Shown here: positions 21,126 to 30,848 of the stretch, one piece after another
Numbering within the stretch: position 1 is the first letter of the stretch
Layout: every line of letters starts with the position of its first letter
NCBI GenBank assembly: GCA_963804505.1
Contig: CAWDQP010000002.1
Span: 77,579 to 141,578, forward strand
Length of the DNA: 64,000 nt
Direction of reading: 5' to 3'
Source of the DNA: an uncultured Thermoplasmata archaeon
GTDB taxonomy: Archaea > Thermoplasmatota > Thermoplasmata > Lutacidiplasmatales > UBA184
Notes under the pieces: generated by a model
Told to the model about the DNA's origin: nothing
Database searches by the model: none
The model's input: the letters and a program-made list of their open reading frames with translations, nothing else
Translations under genes and position numbers: made by a program

Positions 21126-21355
21126 TCAATCCCCGCGCGACGACCGCCGCCCCCAGCCATGCCGCTCCCGCTCCGGCCGCCGCTTCGCCGGTCTCGATGC
21201 CCCCGCCACCACCGGAGCCGACCCGACCGCCGCTCGTGGTGATCCCCACCCCGTCCCGCATCGGACCCCTGAAAGGGTTCGAGGCGCCGCCCCCCCGCGC
21301 GATCTTCGGCGACAACGTCGTCCCCACCCCCGTCCTCCGCCTCCCCACCTCCTGA
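21122..21355 (+). CDS. Proline-rich low-complexity protein. May be the N-terminal part of the next gene via a frameshift.
   Basis: ATGA overlap with the upstream stop. MINPRATTAAPSHAAPAPAAASPVSMPPPPPEPTRPP... Confidence 0.3.
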   Translation: MINPRATTAAPSHAAPAPAAASPVSMPPPPPEPTRPPLVVIPTPSRIGPLKGFEAPPPRAIFGDNVVPTPVLRLPTS

Positions 21356-21362
21356 ACCTACG

Positions 21363-21800
21363 GTGAAGACCCTGCCGTGGACCGTTCCGGTTGCGTCGTC
21401 CCCACCCCCGCTGCCTCGGGGTCCCATGAGGCTGGTCCCCCCGACCGCTCGCGGAAGTCCCTCGCGGCTTTCCTCAACGCGGCCGTTCTCGGTGCCTCCC
21501 CATCGCACCCGACCGTACTCCGGGTCTTCGTCGCCGTCCGCCGCCTCCGAACCACCCCGGTCGGCACCTCCACGCCCGGTTCTGACGGCGCGCGTCGCCG
21601 AGCCGACCGAGAGCGCCACGCCCCTGCCGGCCCGGACGGTCGCGGGCGAAAGCCCCCCGAATTCCCCGCCTCCGACCGCCCCGGACGGGACCGCCCCACC
21701 ACCGGCGGGCAAGCGCGCGTGGGTCTGCTCGCGCTGCAAGTTGGTCAACGCTCCCTGGTCCGTGGCGTGCACCCGATGCCACACCCCCAGGTCCGCGTAA
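21363..21800 (+). CDS. Pro/Ser-rich protein with a C-terminal RanBP2-type zinc finger
   Basis: WVCSRCKLVNAPWSVACTRC fits W-x-C-x2-C-x3-N-x6-C-x2-C exactly. Confidence 0.5.
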   Translation: MKTLPWTVPVASSPPPLPRGPMRLVPPTARGSPSRLSSTRPFSVPPHRTRPYSGSSSPSAASEPPRSAPPRPVLTARVAEPTESATPLPARTVAGESPPNSPPPTAPDGTAPPPAGKRAWVCSRCKLVNAPWSVACTRCHTPRSA

Positions 21801-21836
21801 CGGCCCCGGGGACGGCGGCGCAATCCGCGTTCCGGG

Positions 21837-22943
21837 CTACGTCGGGGCCATCGCCAACGCGGTGGCGGGCGTCGCATCGAGGTAGGAGATGATCGGGTCG
21901 ATGATGCGCTCGCGGATCATCGTCGGACTGGTCCAGCGGAACAGCGACGGCTCGAGATAACAGGCGAGGGCGCACTTGTTGCACCGCTCGTAGGGGCTCC
22001 AGTCGTACGTGTTCCACAGTTTTCGGACGTCCACGTCCCAGACCTGGCCCTCGCCACCGTACTCCCGGAGCGTGTAGCACGGGAGCACGATCCGGCCCTG
22101 CGGGTCGACGTTCATCGTCATCCACGGTTTGCACCGCCACGGGACCCCGCGGTACCACGAATCGATCACGCTCGTGAAGTATTCGCGCGACTCGAGGATC
22201 GGCGCCCCGGCCTCCTTCAGCGCGAGGAGCCGCTCGAGCGTCTGGCGGAGCTTCTGGCCCTCGGGGGCCATGCTGTCCGCGGTCGAGTAGTTGTAGGCGA
22301 CCTGGAACGTCACCCCGACACCCAGTCGCTGCGCGAGCTCGACGACCCTCTCCGCGTCGTCCATGTTCTCGCGCTGGATCGTGTAGCTGATGGCGAGCGG
22401 GACGCGGCCCCGCACCGCCCGGATGCCGGCCACCGCTTTGTCGAACGACCGCGGTATCCCCCGCAACCTATCGTGAAGCTCGCCGATCCCGTCCAGGGAG
22501 ACGAACATGAGATCCAGGTACGGGGCGAGGTCGTCGATCCGGTTCTGGAGGAGCCAACCGTTGGTCACGAGCGAGGTGTGGAACCGCTCGTGGGACTCGG
22601 CGAGGATCTCGGGAAGGTCCCGTCGGAGGAGCGGCTCGCCGCCCTCGAACCCGAGGAACGAAACGCCGGCGCGCGCGAGCGAATCCATCATCCGGACCTC
22701 CTCCTCGACCGAGAGCAATTTCTCGTCCTCCCGGCGCCAGAACGGGCACATCGAGCACTCGAGATTGCACCGATAGAGCAGCTTGTGCCCCGCGATCACC
22801 GGGGCCTTCCCGCCCGCGCCGGCGCGCATCGATCGCCAAAGGCTCCTGAGAAAGACGGGCCGGACGAGCGCCATGCCGTAACACCGCATCACCGCGCGCA
22901 CCAAATACCTTCTCACGACCAAGGACGACGGCTTCCCCGCCAA
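21837..22943 (-). CDS. Radical SAM protein with a Cys-rich SPASM-like C-terminal region
   Basis: CNLECSMCPFW (CxxxCxxC), GGEPLL. C-terminal Cys residues at WRCKPW, VLPCY, ERCNKCALACY. Confidence 0.75.
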   Translation of the reverse strand: MAGKPSSLVVRRYLVRAVMRCYGMALVRPVFLRSLWRSMRAGAGGKAPVIAGHKLLYRCNLECSMCPFWRREDEKLLSVEEEVRMMDSLARAGVSFLGFEGGEPLLRRDLPEILAESHERFHTSLVTNGWLLQNRIDDLAPYLDLMFVSLDGIGELHDRLRGIPRSFDKAVAGIRAVRGRVPLAISYTIQRENMDDAERVVELAQRLGVGVTFQVAYNYSTADSMAPEGQKLRQTLERLLALKEAGAPILESREYFTSVIDSWYRGVPWRCKPWMTMNVDPQGRIVLPCYTLREYGGEGQVWDVDVRKLWNTYDWSPYERCNKCALACYLEPSLFRWTSPTMIRERIIDPIISYLDATPATALAMAPT

Positions 22944-23011
22944 GAGCTCGGGCCGACGCCGACTCGGCGGTCGCGTCCCGGAGCCGAGTCCCGGAAGAGT
23001 CGGCCGAGGCC

Positions 23012-23443
23012 TCAGCGCCGGGGCCGGTCGGTTAGGAATTTCCGGATCCGGCCGGGCGTGAACTCCTCCTCACCCATGAGTCGGGCTCCGTCCGGTCGCA
23101 CGAGCACGGGGAGATGGACGTCGTAGCCGAACGACGCCTGGATCTGCGACTCGGCACCCTTCTGCTGAGAGAGGTCCACGACCTGCACCGACCATTGCTT
23201 CTTGTTCGCCACATCGAGAACCAGCCGAATGCACTGACGGGCCACCAGCCCAAGGTCCTCTCCGGGTTTCGCCAAGATGGCGGCCGCGGAGACACCGCGA
23301 GCCATTGTGAGGCCGGAAAACGGAACGAACAACGTGGCGAGCCGATTCGTGAATCCCGGGACCGCCGACTCGATGTTGGCGTGCAATCCCGGTTCGCTCG
23401 CCACGTACATCACCAACGTTCGAGTCGGGATACCGGTGGCCAT
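23012..23443 (-). CDS. Hypothetical small protein downstream of the Mo-hydroxylase genes (thioredoxin-like fold only a guess)
   Basis: In-frame tail of ORF 23012..25432 starting MATGIPTRTLVMYVASEPG. No recognised motif. Confidence 0.35.
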   Translation of the reverse strand: MATGIPTRTLVMYVASEPGLHANIESAVPGFTNRLATLFVPFSGLTMARGVSAAAILAKPGEDLGLVARQCIRLVLDVANKKQWSVQVVDLSQQKGAESQIQASFGYDVHLPVLVRPDGARLMGEEEFTPGRIRKFLTDRPRR

Positions 23444-23586
23444 CGGAGAGGACAACCCCCGGCGGCGAATAAACTGCGTGGGCCCCTCAAGCGAGCCTGG
23501 AAGAAGGAGGCGAGGGGGCGGTCCCCCAATTGGAGTCCACGACCGCACCGTCCGGGCCCTCCTGCCGGCGCTCAAAACCCGTGCGC

Positions 23587-25708
23587 TCAGGGGACTGTGC
23601 CGTGCGGAGCCAGCGGGAGGGACCGGAGACGTTTCCCAGTGGCGTCGAAGATCGCGTTGGCGACGGCGGGGGCGACCGCTATCAGCGGCGTCTCCCCCGC
23701 ACCCTGCGACGCGAGATCGCGTCGGTCGACCAGGAGGACCTCGATCTGCGGAACGTCGCGGAACCTCGGCACGCGGTACTCGGACAGCTTCGGGTTCAGG
23801 ATGCGCCCGCCGGCGAAGTGGACCGCCTCGAAGAGCGCCCCGCCCAAGGCCATGATCGTCCCGCCCTCCACTTGGCTCCGCAGGTTCGCCGGATGGACGA
23901 TGGCGCCGCATTCGAAGCCGGTCACGAGGCGCACCACCTCGAGCCGCCGCGCTCCATCGACCCGGACTTCTGCGTAGGTTGCGACGCGGCCCCCCTTCTC
24001 GAGCCCTACGGCGATCCCCCGGCCCGCCCGCGAGCGGACGCCCGACCCCGTGGGCACCGGTCGCGGGGACCATTCCGTGCGCTCGGCGACCGCGCGCAGC
24101 ACCGCGGCCAGCCGCTCGTCCTCGAGATGGCGCATCCGATACTCCACCGGGTCCGCCCCTACCCGTACGGCGAGCTCGTCCATGTGGGACTCCCGGGCGA
24201 AGGTGTTCGCGGTCGCCGCCAACGCCCGGTAGGACCCCTGGGGCAGCGGGGATTCCGACGGTTGGTTCTCGACCTTCTGGTTCGGCACCCGGTACGGTCC
24301 TCGCGCGGCGGCGGAGCCGGCGTTCAGGACCTGAAACTGCCAGGCCGTGAGCCGCCCGTCGGCTTCCGCCCCCGAGCGGATGTCGACCACCGCCATGGGC
24401 CGGAAGTAGGCGTGGGAGAACTCCTCCTCGCGGGTGTAAACAATACGGACCGGCCGGCCCGCCGCGCGGGCGAGCCGTGCGGCGCCGATCGCGAGGTCGT
24501 GGGCGTGCTTGCCGCCGAAGCCGGAACCGGTCGGCGGAACGACGACGCGGACGTCCGCGGGTCGGAGCCCGAGTGCCTGGGAGACCGTGTCCCGAGCCCG
24601 GAACGGGGTCTGGGTTCCGAGCCAGACCGTGAGCCGGCTTCCCTCCCACGCGGCGAGAACGGCGTGGGTCTCCATCGGCACGTGGGCGATGTAGGCGGTG
24701 GTGTACGTCGCGCGGAGCGATACCGGAGCCTGGGCGAACGCGCCCTCCGCGTCGCCGGTGACGTGGCGAACGACGTCCCAGAAGTCCTCTCCCTCGGCCG
24801 GATGCTGGCGGAGGTACTCCGCGATCTCCGATTCGGCGGGCTGGGGCACGGTCTCCCACTCCGCGTCGATGGCCTGGAGAGCCGTCTTGGCGAGGAAGGG
24901 GTCGGCCACGGGCGACGGCGACGAAATCGCCTTCGCGCACCACGGTGGCTCCGGTGATGGCTCGAGCTCGATCGAGGTCGACCCGCCGGAGCCGAGCTCC
25001 GTACGCGGGCGGGAAGAGGACCCGGCCGTGCAACATTCCGGGGAGCCGGAGGTCCGAGGCGTATCGCCGGGCCCCGGTCACGACCTCGATTGCGCCGAGA
25101 TTCGTAGTCGGCAAGCCGGCCCGCGTCCACTCCGTGGGGAGGCGGGGACGGGCGGCGTTAGGGACGGTCGCGACGCGCCGGATCCCCCGGACGAGGGCGC
25201 CGTACCGAATCGAGCGCCCGGCGGTGTCCCCGCGAGCTCGAACCTCACCGTCCGCCAGCACGAGTTCGGAGGGCGGCGCCCCTAGCGCGGTCGCCGCCAT
25301 ACCGCGGAGGAGGTCCGCCAGCGCGGCGGCCGTGACGCGAAGATTCTCGCCCACGTCGGGCATCGACCGGCTTCCGAACGTCCCCATATCCCACGGCACG
25401 ACGTCGGTGTCTCCCATCGTGAGCTCGACCAAAGCGAGCGGCAGGGCGAGCTCTTCCGCGACCAGCAGCGAAAGCGCGGTCCGCGTGCCTTGCCCGACCT
25501 CGACCTTCCCGGTGAACGCACGGGCCTTCCCGTCCTCTCCCAGGTCGATCCACGCTCCGCCGTGCGGAGGGCCCCCGGCACCCCACCCCGAAGGGCCGGG
25601 CCGTCGCGGGGAAGGACCACCACCACGCCGGGTCCCAGTCGGTCGAAGTAATCCCGCTCCTCCGCCGCGAGAAGATCGTACGGGAGCACGCCAGGGGACG
25701 GGTTCATC
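23587..25708 (-). CDS. Molybdopterin-dependent oxidoreductase large subunit, IorB-like (isoquinoline 1-oxidoreductase beta / aldehyde oxidase family). Two apparent frameshifts (about 25600 and 24910).
   Basis: KVEVGQGTRTALSLLVAEELALPL..V.LTMGDTDVVPWDMGTFGSRS comes before the hammerhead-like GMLHGRVLFPPAYGARLRRVDL. ORF 23587..24909 supplies HVPMETHA, GSGFGGK, GFECGAIVHP, QGAGETPL. Confidence 0.75.
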
Positions 25709-26219
25709 GCTCCGCCCCCGGGACCGTGCCGACCGGTCCGGACGCGCGCCGGATCGCCTCGACGATCCGCAGGTAGCCGCCGCATCGGCAGATGTTGCCG
25801 TTCATGACCGCGCGGATTTCGTCGTCTCCGGGGTTGGGGTTCCGGTTCAGAAGGGCGACCGCGGCGACGATCATCCCCGGTATGCAGAAGCCGCATTGGA
25901 ACGCGCCGGCCTCGACGAATGCACGCTGCACGGGGTGCAGCGTCTCGCCGTGGGCGAGACCTTCCACCGTCGTGACGGACCGACCGACGGCCTCTGCGAG
26001 GGGGGTCACGCACGAGCGCACCGCCGCCCCGTCCACGAGGACCAAGCACGCCCCGCATTCGCCTTCACCACAGCCATACTTCGTGGCCGTCAGCCCCAGC
26101 TCCTCCCGAAGGACGAACAACAAGCTCCGTTCGCGGTCCAGGTCGACCGAACGATCGATCCCGTTCACCCGCAGGCGCGAGGCGGTGTGCGGGACACCGG
26201 TCGCCTCGTCCCCGGTCAC
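25704..26219 (-). CDS. (2Fe-2S)-binding small subunit of the Mo-hydroxylase (IorA/CoxS-like)
   Basis: CGEGECGACLVLVDG, FQCGFCIPGM, NICRCGGY. GTG start at 26219. ATGA overlap with the large subunit. Confidence 0.85.
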   Translation of the reverse strand: MTGDEATGVPHTASRLRVNGIDRSVDLDRERSLLFVLREELGLTATKYGCGEGECGACLVLVDGAAVRSCVTPLAEAVGRSVTTVEGLAHGETLHPVQRAFVEAGAFQCGFCIPGMIVAAVALLNRNPNPGDDEIRAVMNGNICRCGGYLRIVEAIRRASGPVGTVPGAER

Positions 26220-26447
26220 TATGCCTACCCGCCTCCTTCCTGGGACGGGGGCCAAGGGCCGGGACCGGAGCGGTCGCTCACGCCCGCCCGGATTCGACAC
26301 CGGATTATCACAGCGAGGGGTGCGTCCCAGCCGAGGGCCCGGGAGCGCGAAGACCCCGGTCGCGCGGTTAAACGCGGGCCCGGCTACGGAACTGCGACCG
26401 TGGGGGTCGTGGCGTTTCGCCCGAGCACCTGCGGCCGGACGGCACGA

Positions 26448-27464
26448 ATGAGGGCGATGGTACTGCACGAACCCGGGGCCGTGGCCTCCCGCCCGCTTCG
26501 CCCGGAAGAGCGACCGATCCCCGTTCCCCGGGGTGACGAACTGCTGGTACGGGTAGACAAATGCGGTGTCTGCCGGACCGACCTGCACGTTGTCGAAGGC
26601 GACCTCCTACCGCGAGCGCCGGCCGTGATTCCGGGGCACGAAGTCGTCGGGTCGGTCGCGTCCCTCGGCCGGGGAGTGGTCGGCTTCTCCGAAGAGGACC
26701 CGGTGGGGATCCCGTGGCTCCACAGCACTTGCGGTCGGTGCGAGTTCTGCACCGGTGGACGGGAGAATCTCTGCGTCGGCAAGTCGTTCACCGGGTACAC
26801 CGTGGACGGAGGGTACGCGGAGTACGCGCTCGCAAGGGCCCCGTTCGTCCTCCGGCCGCCGCCGGGGAACCCGGCCGAAGTGGCGCCGCTCCTCTGCGCG
26901 GGGATCATCGGATACCGCGCGCTCAAGCTCGCCCTGCCCCGGCCCGGGGGCCGGATCGGGTTCTTCGGCTTTGGCGGATCGGCGCACCTTACCATTTAGC
27001 TGGCGGCCCGACTCGGGTTCGAGACGGTCGCCTACTCGCGCAATCCCGATCACCTTCGGCTCGCCAAGGAGCTCGGGGCACGGGATACCGTCCGAACCGC
27101 AGCAGACCCCTCGCCAGGAACGGAGCCCCGACTGGACGCCGCGATCGTGTTCGCACCAGTCGGGGACGTGGTCCTTCAAGCCCTGCGCGAGCTCAAGCCG
27201 GGCGGCACGGTATCGATCGCGGCGATCCACATGACCCCGATCCCGCCGATCGACTACGATCGGCTGCTGTTCGGCGAGCGGAAGATCGTGAGCGTGGAGG
27301 CGAACACGCGAGAGGACGCCCGGGAATACCTCGAGCTGGCGCATCGCCACCGCCTGCGGAGCACCGTGACGGTCCTGCCGTTGGCCGAAGCGAACGAGGC
27401 GCTGCGGGACCTCAAATCCGGCCGGTTGGTCGGGGCGACCGTGCTCGACTGCTCCGGCGGCTGA
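26448..27464 (+). CDS. Zinc-dependent alcohol dehydrogenase interrupted by one in-frame TAG (26997-26999)
   Basis: CGVCRTDLHVVEG, GHEVVG, CGRCEFCTGGRENLC, GFGGSAHLTI*LAARLG. Both halves (tail of ORF 24945..26999 and ORF 27147..27464) are in the same frame. Confidence 0.8.
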
Positions 27465-27556
27465 CGAGCGACGCTGGCGAGCGCGGGCGCGATGCGGACG
27501 CCCCCTCGACGGTCGCGTGCGGCCCGGCGATCTCCCACTGCGAGAGGCCTGCCCGG

Positions 27557-27930
27557 GTGGTGAACACCGCGGTCGTTTGCCGCTCGAACCTCCTCATCCT
27601 ACGACGCGGCCGCGAAGACTCCCTGCCGGGCGTGTGGGAGATCCCGGGAGGGGAGGCCGAGCCCGAGGAATCGTTCGAGGCCGCCGCGCGTCGGGAGCTG
27701 GCGGAGGAGACGGGATCCGAGCCGAGAACCTGCGGGAGATTCACCGGTCCGTAGGTCCGGCCCGGTACGGATTCCGCCAGTCGGTTCTCGAGATCGCCTG
27801 CTTCGGGATCTCGCTGCCGGCTCGGCCCCCGGTGACGGTGGCGCCGGCGGAGCGTTCGGACCATCGATGGGTGAAGGAGGCGGCCCTCGGGCGGCTGCGG
27901 ACGATGGAGCTGAATCGGGGCTCGCCCGGC
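27557..27930 (+). CDS. NUDIX hydrolase. Apparent frameshift near 27718; 3' end unresolved.
   Basis: Nudix box GGEAEPEESFEAAARRELAEETG split across the tail of ORF 26561..27754 and ORF 27517.. Confidence 0.55.
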
Positions 27931-28071
27931 CCCCGTTCGCGCAGCTCCGGAGTTCGCCCCCCGCCCGTTGGGAAGCCGGCGCGTCGTCGTCGCCAGCGGA
28001 CTACGTTCCGGCCCCGCCACCAGGCGGTGTCGCCGTGGGAGCGAACGGGCTCCGCCGGGCCGGGCGCGGGA

Positions 28072-28657
28072 TCACAACGCGACGGCGCCTTTGATCTCGG
28101 AGTCGTTGACAAAGCCGAGCACTTCGAGCCCTCGTCCGGTTCCTGCGAGCGACTCGGAGGTTACGAGGATCAGCGCCGACCCATTCTCGATCGTGAAATC
28201 GCTCGGCCCGGGCGCCAGAAGTGTCCACGATGCGCCCTCGGCGTATCCGAGCAGGTTCGTTCCGTTCGGCGACGCAAGCACGACATACCAGAGCGCCGAC
28301 CCACTGGGGGACGAGCCCGCGCAGACATTCGTGCTGGTCGCGTTGGCGACGGCCCCGGGGTCCGCGATCCAGTCTCCGTCCCAGATCTCGTAGACGCGCA
28401 GGTAGACCTGGCCGGTCGCCACCGGCTGCGTAGAGTTCACCCAGGGAACGGACTCGACGTAGGCGGTTCCCCCGCCACCGCAGACGACCGAGGTTTCGGT
28501 GGGGGTCCCGAGGTTCACGCTGATCGGCGGACCGGGCGGCGGGGGAGAGGTTGGCCCCGGAACCGGACGCCGAGTACGGCCGTTCGGTGACGATCAACAA
28601 CGCGCCGACCAAGATTGCCCCGACCAGGACGTAGTTCGCGTACCGCTCCCTCCTCAC
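28072..28657 (-). CDS. N-terminally anchored extracellular protein. Apparent frameshift near 28545. Homologous to the truncated gene at 46135-46592.
   Basis: VRRERYANYVLVGAILVGALLIVT anchor (ORF 28001..28954 frame), then ORF 28072..28518 with NxS/T sequons. Confidence 0.55.
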
Positions 28658-28800
28658 GCCGACGCCGTCGGCGTGAGTGCGGCGGAAGGCCCGGGCGCGA
28701 CCGTCGAACGATCGGACCGGGGGGCCCCGGGCGGGAGCCCGCGGAGTTTCGGCGGGCCGGGTCCCGGGCCGCCGCTCGAGCGTCGACGGAGCCTCGCCGC

Positions 28801-29730
28801 TCAAGCGTCCTCCGCCGGGCGTGGGATGAGCTCGAGGTACGCCTCCTCGAGCACGAGGGACGTGTTGGCGAACTGGACCACGGGGGCCACGCTCTGGCAG
28901 GCGGTGAGCAGGCGCACGCGGGTCGCGTCGCTCCCGTCGAACGCGATCCGCCACCGCCGTTCGGAGAGGGCGGAGAGTTCCGTCGCGAGGGCGCGTAGGT
29001 TCGACATGGCGGCTAGATCGACGGGCCGGTCGAACTCGACGTCGACCTCACGCGAGCGGATCCGGCCGGCCACTCGGTCCACCCGGTCCTGCAGGAGCAC
29101 GCGGCCGTGGTCGAGGAAGACGAGCTGGTCGCACACCTCGCTCACCTCGAACATCTGGTGCGAGCTCATGAACACAAGGTGATCGCGCTTGAGCTGGTTG
29201 AGCATACGCCGGACCAGCACCCGTTCGGCCGGGTCGAGGCCGCTGGTCGGCTCGTCCAGGAGCAGCACGGACGGGTCGCCCATCAGGGCCGACGCGAGCG
29301 CGACCCGCTGGAGCTGACCCTTGGAAAGCCAACCGATCCGTTGGCCGAGGGGAGGCAGGTCGAGCAGCGCATCGCACCGGTCCACCTCGCGGTCGATGTC
29401 GTCGCGGCGGAGGCCGCGGGCCCGACCCACGGCGTCCAGCGCCTCCAGGACGTTGAGCGTCGGATACGGCTCGGGCGTCTCGATGAGGGCCCCCACGTCC
29501 CACAAGGCCTGCTTCCGGTCGACCATCGGGTCCACCCCGTTGACATAGGCGTGACCGGTGGAAGGACGCAGCAGGCCGACCAGGAGCTTCAACGTCGTGG
29601 TCTTGCCCGCGCCGTTCGGCCCGAGGTAGCCGACCGCGCCCGCGCCCTCGTAGCGGAGGGAAATGTCGGTGAGCGCCGGGGCCCCCGTCCGGAACGACTT
29701 CGACACCCCCGCCAGCTCGAACGAGCCCAT
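28801..29730 (-). CDS. ABC transporter ATP-binding protein (ABC-2/CcmA-like)
   Basis: GPNGAGKTTT, LSKGQLQRVALASAL, LLLDEPTSGLD. Confidence 0.85.
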   Translation of the reverse strand: MGSFELAGVSKSFRTGAPALTDISLRYEGAGAVGYLGPNGAGKTTTLKLLVGLLRPSTGHAYVNGVDPMVDRKQALWDVGALIETPEPYPTLNVLEALDAVGRARGLRRDDIDREVDRCDALLDLPPLGQRIGWLSKGQLQRVALASALMGDPSVLLLDEPTSGLDPAERVLVRRMLNQLKRDHLVFMSSHQMFEVSEVCDQLVFLDHGRVLLQDRVDRVAGRIRSREVDVEFDRPVDLAAMSNLRALATELSALSERRWRIAFDGSDATRVRLLTACQSVAPVVQFANTSLVLEEAYLELIPRPAEDA

Positions 29731-29733
29731 GGG

Positions 29734-30621
29734 TCACCCGGTGGACTCCTTGCGCTGGTAGAGGTAGGCGCTCAGCGGCAGGAAGGCGGCGATGTACCCC
29801 GCCATGATCGCCAACCCCTCGTTCACGGTCGCCGACCAGATCGTGTAGGACCGGTCTTCGCCGAGAGGGACGGTCTGGAGGTGGACGAAGTCGGTGTCCA
29901 GCACCGCCGCCATCGCGCCCCCCGCGTAGCTCAGCGAAAACCACGGTTCGAATCCGGCGAGCTCGATCGTCCCCTGCAGCGTGGCGAACCCCACGTAGAG
30001 GGCGAGGACGGTCACGAGCACGCCCGCCGCCGGCGAGCGGACGAAGGCGCTGATGCAGAACGCGACGCTGAGCGCCGCGAGCGCGAACACCGCGGCGATG
30101 CCGAACGACGCCTCCAGCAGCGTCCACGGGACGGACTGCGTTCCGAAGAAATACACCGCGCCGACCGTTCCGAAGACGTAGTAGACGCCGACGACGGCCA
30201 TCGTCACGAGCGCCGCGGCCGCGTAGCGGCCCGCCAGGAGTACCGGGCGGCGGATCGGCAGGACGAGCATGTAGTACCCCGCGCCCGTCGAGAAGTCGAC
30301 GCTGAGCGCATCGCCTCCGAAGAACGCAGCCGACAGGACCACGAACAATCCGCTGTAGACGAGATAGTTGCTGAGGTACTCGGACGGTCGGAAAAGCTGC
30401 TGTACGCGAACGGTCGCGATGCCGGCGTCGACCTCGAAGGCGAGCGTCAGCCCGGCGATCAGCACCACGAACGCGAGGAGCCCGTAGAATCGGTTGGTCC
30501 GGACGTAGTGGCTAAGTTGGTGGAACGTGGCGAATACCCACTGCTCGAGGTCCGTGACGGGCTGGCGAACGACCGGGCCGAGCTCCGTCTCCGGGGACCC
30601 CGCGGCCGAAGCGTCGATCAT
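29734..30621 (-). CDS. ABC-2 type transporter permease
   Basis: Six hydrophobic spans, 3 nt upstream of the ATPase gene on the same strand. Confidence 0.65.
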   Translation of the reverse strand: MIDASAAGSPETELGPVVRQPVTDLEQWVFATFHQLSHYVRTNRFYGLLAFVVLIAGLTLAFEVDAGIATVRVQQLFRPSEYLSNYLVYSGLFVVLSAAFFGGDALSVDFSTGAGYYMLVLPIRRPVLLAGRYAAAALVTMAVVGVYYVFGTVGAVYFFGTQSVPWTLLEASFGIAAVFALAALSVAFCISAFVRSPAAGVLVTVLALYVGFATLQGTIELAGFEPWFSLSYAGGAMAAVLDTDFVHLQTVPLGEDRSYTIWSATVNEGLAIMAGYIAAFLPLSAYLYQRKESTG

Positions 30622-30848
30622 GATCTGCTCGCGGGTCGACCGGTCTCGTATCGACGCTGGCGGAAGGGGCCCGAGCCACGAGCCGCGCCGGTTCGGGCGA
30701 GAGGGCGGCCCACGATTGATACAGCCGTCGACCCGGGCTTAAATCTTGGGTAGGGGAGTCGGTGCGATTTCGGTGCGGTTCAACGCACGGAGGGACTATC
30801 TAGACCGTCCCGGCCTCGTACGGCCGTTCTGCGTAATGGGGAGGCACC

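Noticed and set aside
21122-22943. RiPP-like cluster (radical SAM/SPASM maturase plus Pro-rich precursor)
   Set aside because: The genes are convergent on opposite strands. The Pro-rich product is far larger than typical precursors and ends in a zinc finger rather than a core peptide. No transporter or peptidase is adjacent.
26997-26999. Pyrrolysine (TAG) or selenocysteine (TGA at 38294) recoding as an explanation for the in-frame stops
   Set aside because: TAG clearly terminates several ordinary genes in this window (mptA 12412-12414; 6144-6146; 43708-43710; 63428-63430). The ADH position is a conserved Gln, not a known Pyl site. No Pyl or Sec machinery is visible here. Given the overall error load, mutation or base-call error is the more economical explanation.
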